A DNA stretch of 64,000 bases, from NCBI GenBank assembly GCA_964438895.1, contig CAYTMJ010000001.1:31746-95745 (forward strand). The letters run 5' to 3'. Source of the DNA: an uncultured Syntrophobacterales bacterium. GTDB lineage: Bacteria > Desulfobacterota > Binatia > UBA9968 > JAJDTQ01. This document shows, piece after piece, positions 28,261-37,234 of this stretch (the first letter of the stretch is position 1; the number at the start of each line of letters is the position of its first letter). Below the pieces are notes generated by a model, which saw nothing but the letters and a program-made list of their open reading frames with translations, ran no database searches and had not been told where the DNA came from. Both the position numbers and the translations under genes were made by a program.

Positions 28261-30531
28261 CTACAGCTTGTTTCCGTTGAGAGCCCTCCAAACTCGCTCG
28301 GGCGTAAGGGGCAACTCACGAATCCGCACCCCCGTAGCCCGGGCGACGGCGTTTGCCACCGCCGGTGCCACTGCCACGATCCCGGATTCACCCATGCCCT
28401 TAGCGCCCCAGGGGCCCGGGCCGTCTGCATTCTCCGTCAGTGCCACCTCGAACCGGCGCGGCATGTCCGTGAAAGCCGGCACCTTGTAGTCGACAAGATT
28501 GGGATTCAGGGGTTGGCCGTCGGAGTACAAAAGATTCTCACACAACGTATGGCCCATGCCCATCATAGCCGCGCCCTCGTCCTGGGCCTCGGCCTGGAGC
28601 CGATTGATAGCCCTTCCCACGTCGGCGACGCTGGCGTAGCACGGGACCTTCACCTCCCCGGTCTCCCCGTCCACGTCCACCACCGCGGCACCCATGCCTG
28701 TTTCCCAGAACACCGGAAATTCCGCCGGAATGCCATCGCCGGCACGCACATATCCGCGACCGATGAACTCACCCCCAGGCATGGCGAAGTACTTCCTTAC
28801 CACATCGCCATAGTCCATCCGCTTCCCGAAAGCCTCGGCCCATCCATCCTTCAAGGTTACGTCGTCCGGCTCACAGTTCATCGTTTCCGCAGCTGCTCTC
28901 CGTAGCTGCTCCCGCACATCCGCGGCCGCAAACTTGACTGCGGTGCCCATCACGGTGGTGGAACGGCTGGCTCCAGTGGAGCGGTCGAACGGCGTCACAT
29001 CGGTGTTGGTGGCACGCATGACGATCCGTTCCGTGGAAAGATGAAGCTCCTCAGCCGCAACCTGAGCCAGAACCGTCCGAGCCCCCTGTCCCACCTCGGT
29101 ACTACCAGCCATGAGCACCACGCTACCGTCGCTCAAGAGGCGTAGGATAGCAGTTGACACCGGCATGGCCTCAGAATCGGTAACACCCACAGCGATGCCC
29201 AAGTTGTCCCTCGGTGCGCCCTGCTGCTCGTCCCAACCCACCATGGAGGCCAACTTACGCAGGTCCATGTGCAGGTCAGCATCCATGGGCTTGGCACCAG
29301 GCTTCAAAGATTCGCCTCGGCGCAGCAGATTCTTGAGTCGAAACTGCAATGGATCGAGGCCCACCCCCTGGGCAACATCATCCATGTGACACTCTAGCGG
29401 AAAGATCGATTGGGGGCCTCCGATGGAGCGCATGGAGCCCGCGGGTGCTGTGTTGGTGTAGACAGCGTAAACATCGATTCGGTAGTTGGGAATTCGGTAA
29501 GGCCCGTGGATCCGTGTAGCCACCCGCTTGGCCACTCGCGGACCGTTGTCTGCGTAGGCACCGGTGTCCATATGCACCTGAGCCTCACGGGCTATCACAG
29601 TGCCGTCCCGCCTGACACCGGTCTTGACGCGACACCGGGCCGAGTGGCGTCGGATAGTCAACATAGATTCGGAGACACTCTGTGCTAGACGAACGGGACG
29701 CCCACCAGCAGTGCGAGCAAGAGCCACAGCCAACGGCTCGATTTTAAAGTAGGATTTTCCGCCGAAAGCACCGCCGACATACGGCACCGTCACACGCACG
29801 TTTGACATCGGCACACCAAACATCTGGGCGATTTCCGCGCGAATGAGAAATGGATGGGCAGAGGAGGTCCAGAGAGAGATCTCATCCCCTTCAAACAGGG
29901 CCACCGCAGTGTGGGGCTCGAGGGAGTAGTGACAAACCATCGGGAACTCAAAAGTATCTTCGAAAACCGCGTCGGCCTGCTCGAAGGCCTCGCCGACGTC
30001 GCCAGACTCGAGCCGTTCGTGGTGGCAGACGTTAACCGGCGCTTCTTCTTCCAAAGCTGCCAGCTCATGATATTCCCCGGCCGGAGCATTGCTGCCGTGC
30101 AGCACAGGCGCGGCCGGTGCTAAAGCCTGTTCCACGGTCGCCACTACCGGAAGCTCCCGGTACTCCACGCGCACCAAAGAAAGCGCCTCCTCTGCAATCT
30201 CGGCTCGCTCGGCTGCCACCGCTACCACGGGCTCTCCCACATAACGAACCCGGTCCGTAGCGACGAGTGGTCGATCACGTAGGCAATGGCCGTAGTATGG
30301 GTCGATATCTTTGACGGACTCGCGGGTCAGGACGCCGTGCACACCAGAAAGAGCCTCGGCCTCTCCCACCTCGATGTTCTCGATCAGGGCGTGCGGGAAG
30401 GGGCTGCGCAACGCCCTTCCCTCCAACAATCCGGGAAAGTCTAGGTCGGCCGTAAACCGGGCCTTACCCGTGACCTTCTCTGAGCCTTCCGCACGGCGGA
30501 TCGATCGGCCGACGGTGGTGAACTGCGGCAT
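28261..30531 (-). CDS. Xanthine dehydrogenase / CoxL-family molybdopterin-binding large subunit (orphan; no adjacent FeS or FAD subunits)
   Basis: About 757 aa from the internal Met at 30531 (MPQFTTVGRS), with GAGGG 10 nt upstream. Hammerhead and MoCo-binding domains are present. The ORF track extends to 30618. Confidence 0.8.
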   Translation of the reverse strand: MPQFTTVGRSIRRAEGSEKVTGKARFTADLDFPGLLEGRALRSPFPHALIENIEVGEAEALSGVHGVLTRESVKDIDPYYGHCLRDRPLVATDRVRYVGEPVVAVAAERAEIAEEALSLVRVEYRELPVVATVEQALAPAAPVLHGSNAPAGEYHELAALEEEAPVNVCHHERLESGDVGEAFEQADAVFEDTFEFPMVCHYSLEPHTAVALFEGDEISLWTSSAHPFLIRAEIAQMFGVPMSNVRVTVPYVGGAFGGKSYFKIEPLAVALARTAGGRPVRLAQSVSESMLTIRRHSARCRVKTGVRRDGTVIAREAQVHMDTGAYADNGPRVAKRVATRIHGPYRIPNYRIDVYAVYTNTAPAGSMRSIGGPQSIFPLECHMDDVAQGVGLDPLQFRLKNLLRRGESLKPGAKPMDADLHMDLRKLASMVGWDEQQGAPRDNLGIAVGVTDSEAMPVSTAILRLLSDGSVVLMAGSTEVGQGARTVLAQVAAEELHLSTERIVMRATNTDVTPFDRSTGASRSTTVMGTAVKFAAADVREQLRRAAAETMNCEPDDVTLKDGWAEAFGKRMDYGDVVRKYFAMPGGEFIGRGYVRAGDGIPAEFPVFWETGMGAAVVDVDGETGEVKVPCYASVADVGRAINRLQAEAQDEGAAMMGMGHTLCENLLYSDGQPLNPNLVDYKVPAFTDMPRRFEVALTENADGPGPWGAKGMGESGIVAVAPAVANAVARATGVRIRELPLTPERVWRALNGNKL

Positions 30532-30553
30532 ACCGTGAATACCCTCGGCTTCG

Positions 30554-30910
30554 TCACTTTTTATCGTAATAGCGCAACTCGAATGTGATGCATCCGTTGG
30601 GACTCTTGTAGGGCCCATGAGGCATTCCCGGCGGGCGACAACCGTAGAATCCCTTGGGGAACTCCTGGTTGAGGCGAGTGTCTATAAGGCTACCCTCGAT
30701 AATGATGACCTCTTCCCAAAAATCGTGAGCGATGGTCTCGTCAGTCTCCACACCAGCCGGGAAGTTGACCATGCGGGCGTAATTCCCTGTTTCTGGATCT
30801 TGGCTCAAGATCTTCTCCATCACCCCCTCAGCGGTCGCTCCCGATCCGGCGCCCGCAGGAACCCAATCGATGGTCTCAGTATCGAAAAATTCTCTTTCTT
30901 CCTTCGGCAT
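30554..30910 (-). CDS. Cupin-domain protein
   Basis: 118 aa single cupin barrel. It sits 22 nt upstream of the Moco subunit start. Confidence 0.55.
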   Translation of the reverse strand: MPKEEREFFDTETIDWVPAGAGSGATAEGVMEKILSQDPETGNYARMVNFPAGVETDETIAHDFWEEVIIIEGSLIDTRLNQEFPKGFYGCRPPGMPHGPYKSPNGCITFELRYYDKK

Positions 30911-30953
30911 AAGTCTCCTCCGTTCATTGTATACTGACGAGTAATACGCGGCG

Positions 30954-31790
30954 CTAATCGATCAGGACCCGGTCGTTGAACGCTGAAAACACGGTGCGGA
31001 TGTCAGGGATCTTACCTACATCCAACTCCGCGCGCACAATGCATTCGCCGTCGCCACCAGCCGCCAACGGCGTGCCCCAGGGGTCGGCCACCGTGCTGTG
31101 CCCCGCGAAAGCCTTACCCCTGTTGCTACCAGTACAGTTACTGGAAACCAAGAAAATCTGGTTCTCCAACGCACGGATCCGATTGAACATTAGCCAAGCC
31201 TCAAGCCGAGGGTACGGCCAAGCCGAAGCCACCAGGAAAACTTCAGCTCCCATAACGGCCATCTGGCGGTACAGCTCCGGAAAACGCAGATCGTAGCAGG
31301 TGGACAGTCCGAACCTTCCCAACTCGGTGTCTACAACTGTCGGCGTCGTGCCCCGCGTCAACAAGCGTGCCTCCTCGGACTGATATCCAAAGAGGTGGAT
31401 CTTGCGGTAGGTCCCTGCAATACCCCCATTCCGGTCGATAAGGACACTCGTGTTGTAATAGTCCCCATCTTCTTCCTCGACGATACTGCCCCCAAAGAGA
31501 AAGCAGCCCTTGGCTGCAGCCTTCTCCCGCAGCATAGAGACGGTAGTGCCGGACAGGCTTTCGCTTTCAGTTCGGTAGTCCTCGAAAGCAAAGTAGCCAA
31601 CGTTCCAAATCTCCGGCAACAGAATGAGGTCGGCCCCATCCACCTCGTCGATAAGAGCGGCGGCACGCTGGAGGTTGGCCGCCTTGCCCCCGTCGTCCAT
31701 ACTCATCTGAATCGATGCGACGCGAATTCGCCGGTTTTGTTGATCGCTCACTATACGCCTCGGATCTCGGTGACCGATTACACGAGCCAA
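30954..31790 (-). CDS. Carbon-nitrogen hydrolase (nitrilase superfamily amidase)
   Basis: 278 aa. Family signature RVASIQM, Glu in LLPEIWN, Lys in YRKIHLF, Cys in DLRFPE. Confidence 0.8.
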   Translation of the reverse strand: MARVIGHRDPRRIVSDQQNRRIRVASIQMSMDDGGKAANLQRAAALIDEVDGADLILLPEIWNVGYFAFEDYRTESESLSGTTVSMLREKAAAKGCFLFGGSIVEEEDGDYYNTSVLIDRNGGIAGTYRKIHLFGYQSEEARLLTRGTTPTVVDTELGRFGLSTCYDLRFPELYRQMAVMGAEVFLVASAWPYPRLEAWLMFNRIRALENQIFLVSSNCTGSNRGKAFAGHSTVADPWGTPLAAGGDGECIVRAELDVGKIPDIRTVFSAFNDRVLID

Positions 31791-32476
31791 TCCATGGGGC
31801 GGGCGACGTAGTGCAATGAAAGCTCCCGCCCAAGTACACCATCTACAAGGCGTCCCTCAAAGGCGGGGCAGAACAAGAGCTCCCCACGCAGGGTGGGTAT
31901 CGTTCCCATGAACAAAACCATGCCGTCCAACGATCCGTCTGCGACCACGGATCTAACGCCATCGAGAAAGTCGTCCACGGTCAAGAAATCAGCCAGGGAT
32001 CCCTCCTGATACGGCGTCCGATCACCATCCGACCCCACCCAGCTCTGGAGCATCAGCCGCTCCCAGTGAGACTCCACGTCCGCGAGCATCCACACCTGCT
32101 GCGACAAAACCTTTATACACATGACCTTGGATTTGGCTATGCTATCCTTCTCCAGCTCGCGGTCCGTATGATCACTGCCCACGGCAATGTAGACCTGATC
32201 CCCTTTGAACAGGAATACTACTTCCACCTCGCCGGAAGTAACATCGCCCAGCACTTCGATGTCATCGTCGGTAGTCACCAACTCCCGGGGCACGGCGTAA
32301 TATGCAGGGATGCGGTCTGGCGCAGCTACGCCGTGGGCCCTAAGCTCCTCCACGTGCCTCATGGCACCTTCCTGGTTCCGACCCGTGAAACCCCCCTCCA
32401 AGATGCGCGCTACAGGAAACTCCAGGTCCGATGAGGTTCCATCGGCCTCAATCACTGTCAAATTCAGGGTGCGCAA
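31778..32476 (-). CDS. Conserved hypothetical protein (DUF2848-like)
   Basis: 232 aa. The fit to conserved blocks is recalled from memory and not checked (EFPVARILEGGFTGRN, SGEVEVVF, VGSDHTDRELE). Confidence 0.45.
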   Translation of the reverse strand: MRTLNLTVIEADGTSSDLEFPVARILEGGFTGRNQEGAMRHVEELRAHGVAAPDRIPAYYAVPRELVTTDDDIEVLGDVTSGEVEVVFLFKGDQVYIAVGSDHTDRELEKDSIAKSKVMCIKVLSQQVWMLADVESHWERLMLQSWVGSDGDRTPYQEGSLADFLTVDDFLDGVRSVVADGSLDGMVLFMGTIPTLRGELLFCPAFEGRLVDGVLGRELSLHYVARPMDWLV

Positions 32477-32511
32477 GAGTCTTTCTCCTATCGAGTCAGG
32501 CGGCTATTCCG

Positions 32512-33513
32512 CTACGTAAAATGCGGTGCGATCTTGTCTGCGATTAATTCGACTTGCTCAATTTCCGGAGCTGCCGGTTGCAAGGTGACCTGTCCCATTC
32601 CAGCAGCCTCCAGCACCTTTAGTTTTGACACGATCTGGTCCACGCTTCCGACCATGTAACACTCCTGGAGGTGATCCCAGCTTCGGTTGCTTCCCATCAT
32701 ACGCTCGATGTGGGGCCGCTGGATCCGCAGCGCTTCCGCTGAATCTTGAGTGTCCACCACGTAAATGGCTTGAACGTGGGCGAATCCCAGAGTGGCAGGA
32801 TCACGGCCAGTGGATTGCAGGAACTCACTCACAGCCTCAAAATCCCGCTTGACCCACTCCAACTTTCCCGAGGCACGGCAAGTGAACACGTCAGCGTGTC
32901 TAGCGATGCGTCGCAGCACGGTCTTCACCATGTAGGGCTTATCCGGCGACAGCTTGTCGGGAATTCGTGAGCCCCCGGCGACCCAGACTTCCGGATACTT
33001 CGGCGGCATAGGGTCTATTGTAACGTCGTCAAACTGGAAGAACTCGCCCTTAAAGGAAACGCGCTTCTCCGTCAAGAGGAGCTTCACAGCATCCAAGATC
33101 TCGTCAGTACGGCGTCCCCGCTCTCGCAGTTCGATGCCCATAGCATCGAACTCGGGCTTGCTCCAGCCTGGTCCCACCCCAAAAAAGAACCGCCCTCCGG
33201 AGATATAGTCAAGGGTGGCGATTTCTTTTGCGAGTAGCACAGGGTGCCGCAACGGCAACACCAGGATGTGGGTCCCTAGCTTAATTCGCTGTGTACAAGC
33301 TGCAGCGGCAGAGAGGCAGATGAGAGGATCCATCCACGAACCGCCGTAAAGGCCCGGTGCGTCCGTCAGATGATCCCACACAGTCAACGACTCGAACCCA
33401 AGATGCTCTGCTCGTCTAGCGTAATCCTGCACGACGGTATGCGCCATCGCGTAATCCATGTCCGGCCAGGCGTAGGTAGGGATTGTAATTCCAAGCTTGA
33501 GACTCACGTGCAC
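32512..33513 (-). CDS. Luciferase-like (LLM-class) flavin/F420-dependent oxidoreductase
   Basis: 333 aa with LLM pattern (LGFESLTVWDH, GGRFFFGVGPGW). Confidence 0.8.
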   Translation of the reverse strand: MHVSLKLGITIPTYAWPDMDYAMAHTVVQDYARRAEHLGFESLTVWDHLTDAPGLYGGSWMDPLICLSAAAACTQRIKLGTHILVLPLRHPVLLAKEIATLDYISGGRFFFGVGPGWSKPEFDAMGIELRERGRRTDEILDAVKLLLTEKRVSFKGEFFQFDDVTIDPMPPKYPEVWVAGGSRIPDKLSPDKPYMVKTVLRRIARHADVFTCRASGKLEWVKRDFEAVSEFLQSTGRDPATLGFAHVQAIYVVDTQDSAEALRIQRPHIERMMGSNRSWDHLQECYMVGSVDQIVSKLKVLEAAGMGQVTLQPAAPEIEQVELIADKIAPHFT

Positions 33514-33651
33514 TCCTTCTGCGGCTCGACGCGGGTTAATTGCGAAGAGTTAGAAAGACTCGCCCTCAAAGTCAAGGCGAGTGTCCAGGGGCGCTTTGAC
33601 ACATCTCCGCAAGTGGAGTAGGCATTCGGTGCAAGGGAGGAGGAACAATCC

Positions 33652-34689
33652 ATGGAAAAAGTTCCGATCATAGACGCCGACGGGCACATCCTCGAAGACA
33701 ATGATGAACTCGAAAACTACTTCGAGGGCCCGTTTGAAGGACATCGGAGACATAAAGTGTTCGGGCTGTTCCCGTCACTAGATGGCTGGCCAAGGGGCGC
33801 GGTCAAGGGGCTCAGGAAGGCAAGTCAGACCTCTCCCGACGGCTGGATGCAGTTCATCGACGGGTCGAACATTGACGCGGCGGTTCTCTATCCCACCGCA
33901 GGCTTGAGTGTCGGCCTTATTCAGGATGCCGACTGGGCCTGTGCACTATCACGGGCGTATAACAACTGGTTCCACGACAAGTACACTCGAACGAGCCCGC
34001 GCCTGAAGGGCGTCGCACTGCTACCAGTACACGATGTACCGGAGGCCGTCCTGGAGCTGCGACACGCGGTAAAACAGCAGGGGATGGTAGCGGGGCTCCT
34101 ACCGGCGGTCAACATCCTCAACAAGGGATTCGGCCACACTGACTTTCACCCACTCTACGAGGAAGCACAGGAGCTGGATTGTCCGTTGGCCATCCACGGC
34201 GCGCCCAGTCAGGGGTTAGGATTCGACTACCTAAAGACTATGTCCATGATCCATACCCTAGAACACCCCATCGCTCAGATGATCCAACTCGCCAGCATGG
34301 TGCTCGATGGTGTATTCGAGCTGTTTCCGAAATTGCGGGTGGGCTATCTTGAGGCCGGCGCTGGCTGGCTTCCCTACATGATGGACCGCATGGACGACAA
34401 GTTCCACGTAGACCGTAAGCGCAAACACTTCCCACTAAAGAAGCTGCCCAGCGAAATCATAAAGGAGGGCAACATCTTCGTCACCTGCGAGCTGGACGAA
34501 AAAATCCTTGACGTGGTGGCCCGGGAACTTGGTGAGGATACGCTCATGTACCCGTCAGACTTCCCCCACGAGAAGGCGGCATCGGAGTTCGGCACCGACA
34601 TCCCCGAGTTCCTGAAACGCCCCGACTTGTCCGAGGGGCTAAAGAGAAAAATACTCTGCGATAACGCGAGGCGGTTCTACGGAATCTAA
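33652..34689 (+). CDS. Amidohydrolase-2 family metal-dependent hydrolase/decarboxylase (ACMSD-like), paralogue of 7052-8095
   Basis: 345 aa. Motifs IIDADGHI, YPSDFPHE, KILCDNARRFYGI. Confidence 0.8.
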   Translation: MEKVPIIDADGHILEDNDELENYFEGPFEGHRRHKVFGLFPSLDGWPRGAVKGLRKASQTSPDGWMQFIDGSNIDAAVLYPTAGLSVGLIQDADWACALSRAYNNWFHDKYTRTSPRLKGVALLPVHDVPEAVLELRHAVKQQGMVAGLLPAVNILNKGFGHTDFHPLYEEAQELDCPLAIHGAPSQGLGFDYLKTMSMIHTLEHPIAQMIQLASMVLDGVFELFPKLRVGYLEAGAGWLPYMMDRMDDKFHVDRKRKHFPLKKLPSEIIKEGNIFVTCELDEKILDVVARELGEDTLMYPSDFPHEKAASEFGTDIPEFLKRPDLSEGLKRKILCDNARRFYGI

Positions 34690-34722
34690 CGCCCACGTGA
34701 AACTATTCTTGAAGCTCGCCCC

Positions 34723-36192
34723 CTAGGCCTTCGGCGCCTGGCCAAGACGTACAGAGAGACCTGGCCGACGCACAAAGATCTGCCGAGCCTCGGAGCGTTC
34801 CGTCAGGAACTGAATCAACTTCACCAAACCGTTACCGTTCCGAGGACGGGGCGGCGCCTGCTTCATCGCTCGAACATCCTCCTCGGACGTGAAGTAGCGC
34901 AGCAGTAACTCGTCAGAAGATACGCCTGGACCACCAAGCTTTGCCCTCAACTCCCGCAATGAAGTGTCAGGTGGACGCCATTTCCGCAACTCTTTCGCCC
35001 GTGGTCGGTCCAGAATCCGATCCCGCACGTCCGGGTCCATGGACGAGGCCTCCTCCTCCCCCCAATAGCCCAACGCGTACTGTATCACCTCGTCGGTGAC
35101 TTGCTCGTAGCGGCGCCCCACGATGACGTTGATTGCAGACTGGCTACCTACAAACTGGGAATACGGCGTGACCATAATGGGATAGCCGAACTCCTCCCGA
35201 ATCCGACATGTTTCTTCCAACACCGCACCGATCCGGTCGCCCATACCGATACCGGCGAGTTGGTGCCGCAGGTTTGAGATCATCCCGCCAGGCACTTGGT
35301 GCACAAAATGGTACGTTTCGTAGTGAAGTGGCACTCCAACAGGAAAACCTTCCTCTTTGGCAACCCGAGAGAAATGCTCCGACACCGGTCGGAGGCTCTC
35401 ATCGTCGATGACAGGGTCGTATCCCAGGGCACGAGCATTTCGGATAATATTGAAAAGTGAAGGATTAGACGATCCGTCTGACAGAGGCGGCAGCGCTGTA
35501 TTAATTATGGAGATCCCCGCAGCGATGGCGTCCAAGGTACACAACGGCCCGAGCCCACTATTACAATGCGTGTGGAACTCCACTGGGACGCCAACCGCGT
35601 TCTCCAGTACCACCGGGGCCAACGAACGCGTACGCTCCGGCGTAAGCAGGCCCCCCGGGTCCTTGAGACAGATTCGTTTCACCGGGAGTTTTGCGGCCTC
35701 GCGCGTCCGTGCTCCGTAGTATTCGTCGGTGTGTTTAGGCGAGATGGAGAAGATCAGGTTAACGATAGTGTCGAGGCCAGCAGCTGTTGCTGTTCGGACC
35801 TGCTCAGCCCACACCGCAGGCGTATTGGAAGGGTCCGATGTCCGGGCTTCGGTGATGCCATTGGCTGAGAGGCGTTCAAGCCAGAGCTGCTGTACGGCCG
35901 GCGAAGTGTGTTGGAATGCAGCCATGTAACGGTTGCGGATCAACCGAAGCGGAGTCTTGGGTGCCAGCTCCTTCACCCGCCGCACGCGGGCCCAGGGATC
36001 GTCCTTAAGTTCCCGTACGCACTTCTTGAAGAATGCCGAGGCTATGATCTCCATGGCTAGGAAGCCGGCCTCGTCCATCGTGGCGGCCACAGGCAACATC
36101 ATGTCCGTCCGGATTCCCATGGCCCAGAGACTCGAAGGACCGTCCCGTAGCGTGGTGTCGACGAAATATACCTTCCCCATTATGGGCAGCAT
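34723..36192 (-). CDS. Carboxyltransferase-domain protein (pyruvate carboxylase / oxaloacetate decarboxylase alpha / transcarboxylase 5S-like TIM barrel); no biotinyl domain
   Basis: The block YFVDTTLRDGPSS aligns to the DTTxRD(A/G)HQS carboxyltransferase motif. The HTHCNSGLG HxH block is present. The start is uncertain: Met codons at 36192 and 36180, while the ORF track runs to 36249. Confidence 0.65.
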   Translation of the reverse strand: MLPIMGKVYFVDTTLRDGPSSLWAMGIRTDMMLPVAATMDEAGFLAMEIIASAFFKKCVRELKDDPWARVRRVKELAPKTPLRLIRNRYMAAFQHTSPAVQQLWLERLSANGITEARTSDPSNTPAVWAEQVRTATAAGLDTIVNLIFSISPKHTDEYYGARTREAAKLPVKRICLKDPGGLLTPERTRSLAPVVLENAVGVPVEFHTHCNSGLGPLCTLDAIAAGISIINTALPPLSDGSSNPSLFNIIRNARALGYDPVIDDESLRPVSEHFSRVAKEEGFPVGVPLHYETYHFVHQVPGGMISNLRHQLAGIGMGDRIGAVLEETCRIREEFGYPIMVTPYSQFVGSQSAINVIVGRRYEQVTDEVIQYALGYWGEEEASSMDPDVRDRILDRPRAKELRKWRPPDTSLRELRAKLGGPGVSSDELLLRYFTSEEDVRAMKQAPPRPRNGNGLVKLIQFLTERSEARQIFVRRPGLSVRLGQAPKA

Positions 36193-36394
36193 ATAAAATT
36201 CGAAAGGTTCTGGACAGCAGCGCCCAGGCCCCCCGTCAGCCAAACCCATTGTGGATCCACACTGGGCATGTTAGGCGTCCATCTCGCTGCAGGATACAAA
36301 TTCGAGTCGGAGCGACGGCGGACACCTGAAGCCACCGTAATCTTTCGTAGCGGCCCAGGCACCCGTCTTCACCGCACGCGAGGCGCCAACATCT

Positions 36395-37234
36395 ATGGCT
36401 ATAAGTGAATCAACGAAGAAGAAATGGCTCGCAGGAGGTGTCGTCGTCCTGTTGGCTGCGGCAACCTTTGGGGTCTGGATATGGTCGTCCCTGGGCTATA
36501 TCACCACTGATGACGCCCGGGTCAAAGCTGACATCGTCACTATCAGTGCCGAGGTGGACGGCAGGATCACCGCCCTGCTCAAACGCGAAGGCGATGCCGT
36601 GGAGTTCGGTGAGATCATGGTGGAGCTCGATACCCACGAGATTCTGATCCGAATAGACCAGCACAAGGCCATCGTGGATTACCGCCGCAGTGAACAACTG
36701 AAAGCGGAACGGGAACTAAGCCACGCAGAAAGCGTACAGCAGCGGGAGATCAAGCATGCCGACCTACTGGCGAAGAAGGCGCGGGTACGGGATAGCGAGG
36801 CAGTCCTACGAGAATTGACGTTTCAGTTGAGCCTCATGACGCTGCGCAGCCCAGTTAGCGGTGTAGTGGTTCGGAAAAACTCCCATCGCGGTGAGTTCGT
36901 CCAGGCAGGCCAACCCGTATTCATGGTAGTGGACTCTAGTCACTACTGGGTGGAAGCCAACGTGGACGAGACCCAGATCCGCTACATCCAACGGGGGAGC
37001 GACGCCTCTGTAAAGCTGGACTCGTATCCTGGGCTCCACTTCGATGGCACAGTGGTGGACGTGGGCGCTGCTACTACGTCCGAGTTCTCCCTATTTTCGC
37101 CGCAGAAGCTCACCGGGGTATTTATCAAGTCTACGCAAAAGTTGCCGGTCAAGATCGCCGTCGAGAACACCAAGGGGATCCTCCGGGTAGGCATGCTGGC
37201 AGTGGTACGCATTGAGAAGCCGGCAGCCCCATGA
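36395..37234 (+). CDS. HlyD/EmrA-family periplasmic adaptor (efflux membrane fusion protein)
   Basis: 279 aa with an N-terminal TM segment and coiled-coil / barrel-sandwich pattern. Overlaps the downstream MFS gene by 4 nt. Confidence 0.8.
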   Translation: MAISESTKKKWLAGGVVVLLAAATFGVWIWSSLGYITTDDARVKADIVTISAEVDGRITALLKREGDAVEFGEIMVELDTHEILIRIDQHKAIVDYRRSEQLKAERELSHAESVQQREIKHADLLAKKARVRDSEAVLRELTFQLSLMTLRSPVSGVVVRKNSHRGEFVQAGQPVFMVVDSSHYWVEANVDETQIRYIQRGSDASVKLDSYPGLHFDGTVVDVGAATTSEFSLFSPQKLTGVFIKSTQKLPVKIAVENTKGILRVGMLAVVRIEKPAAP

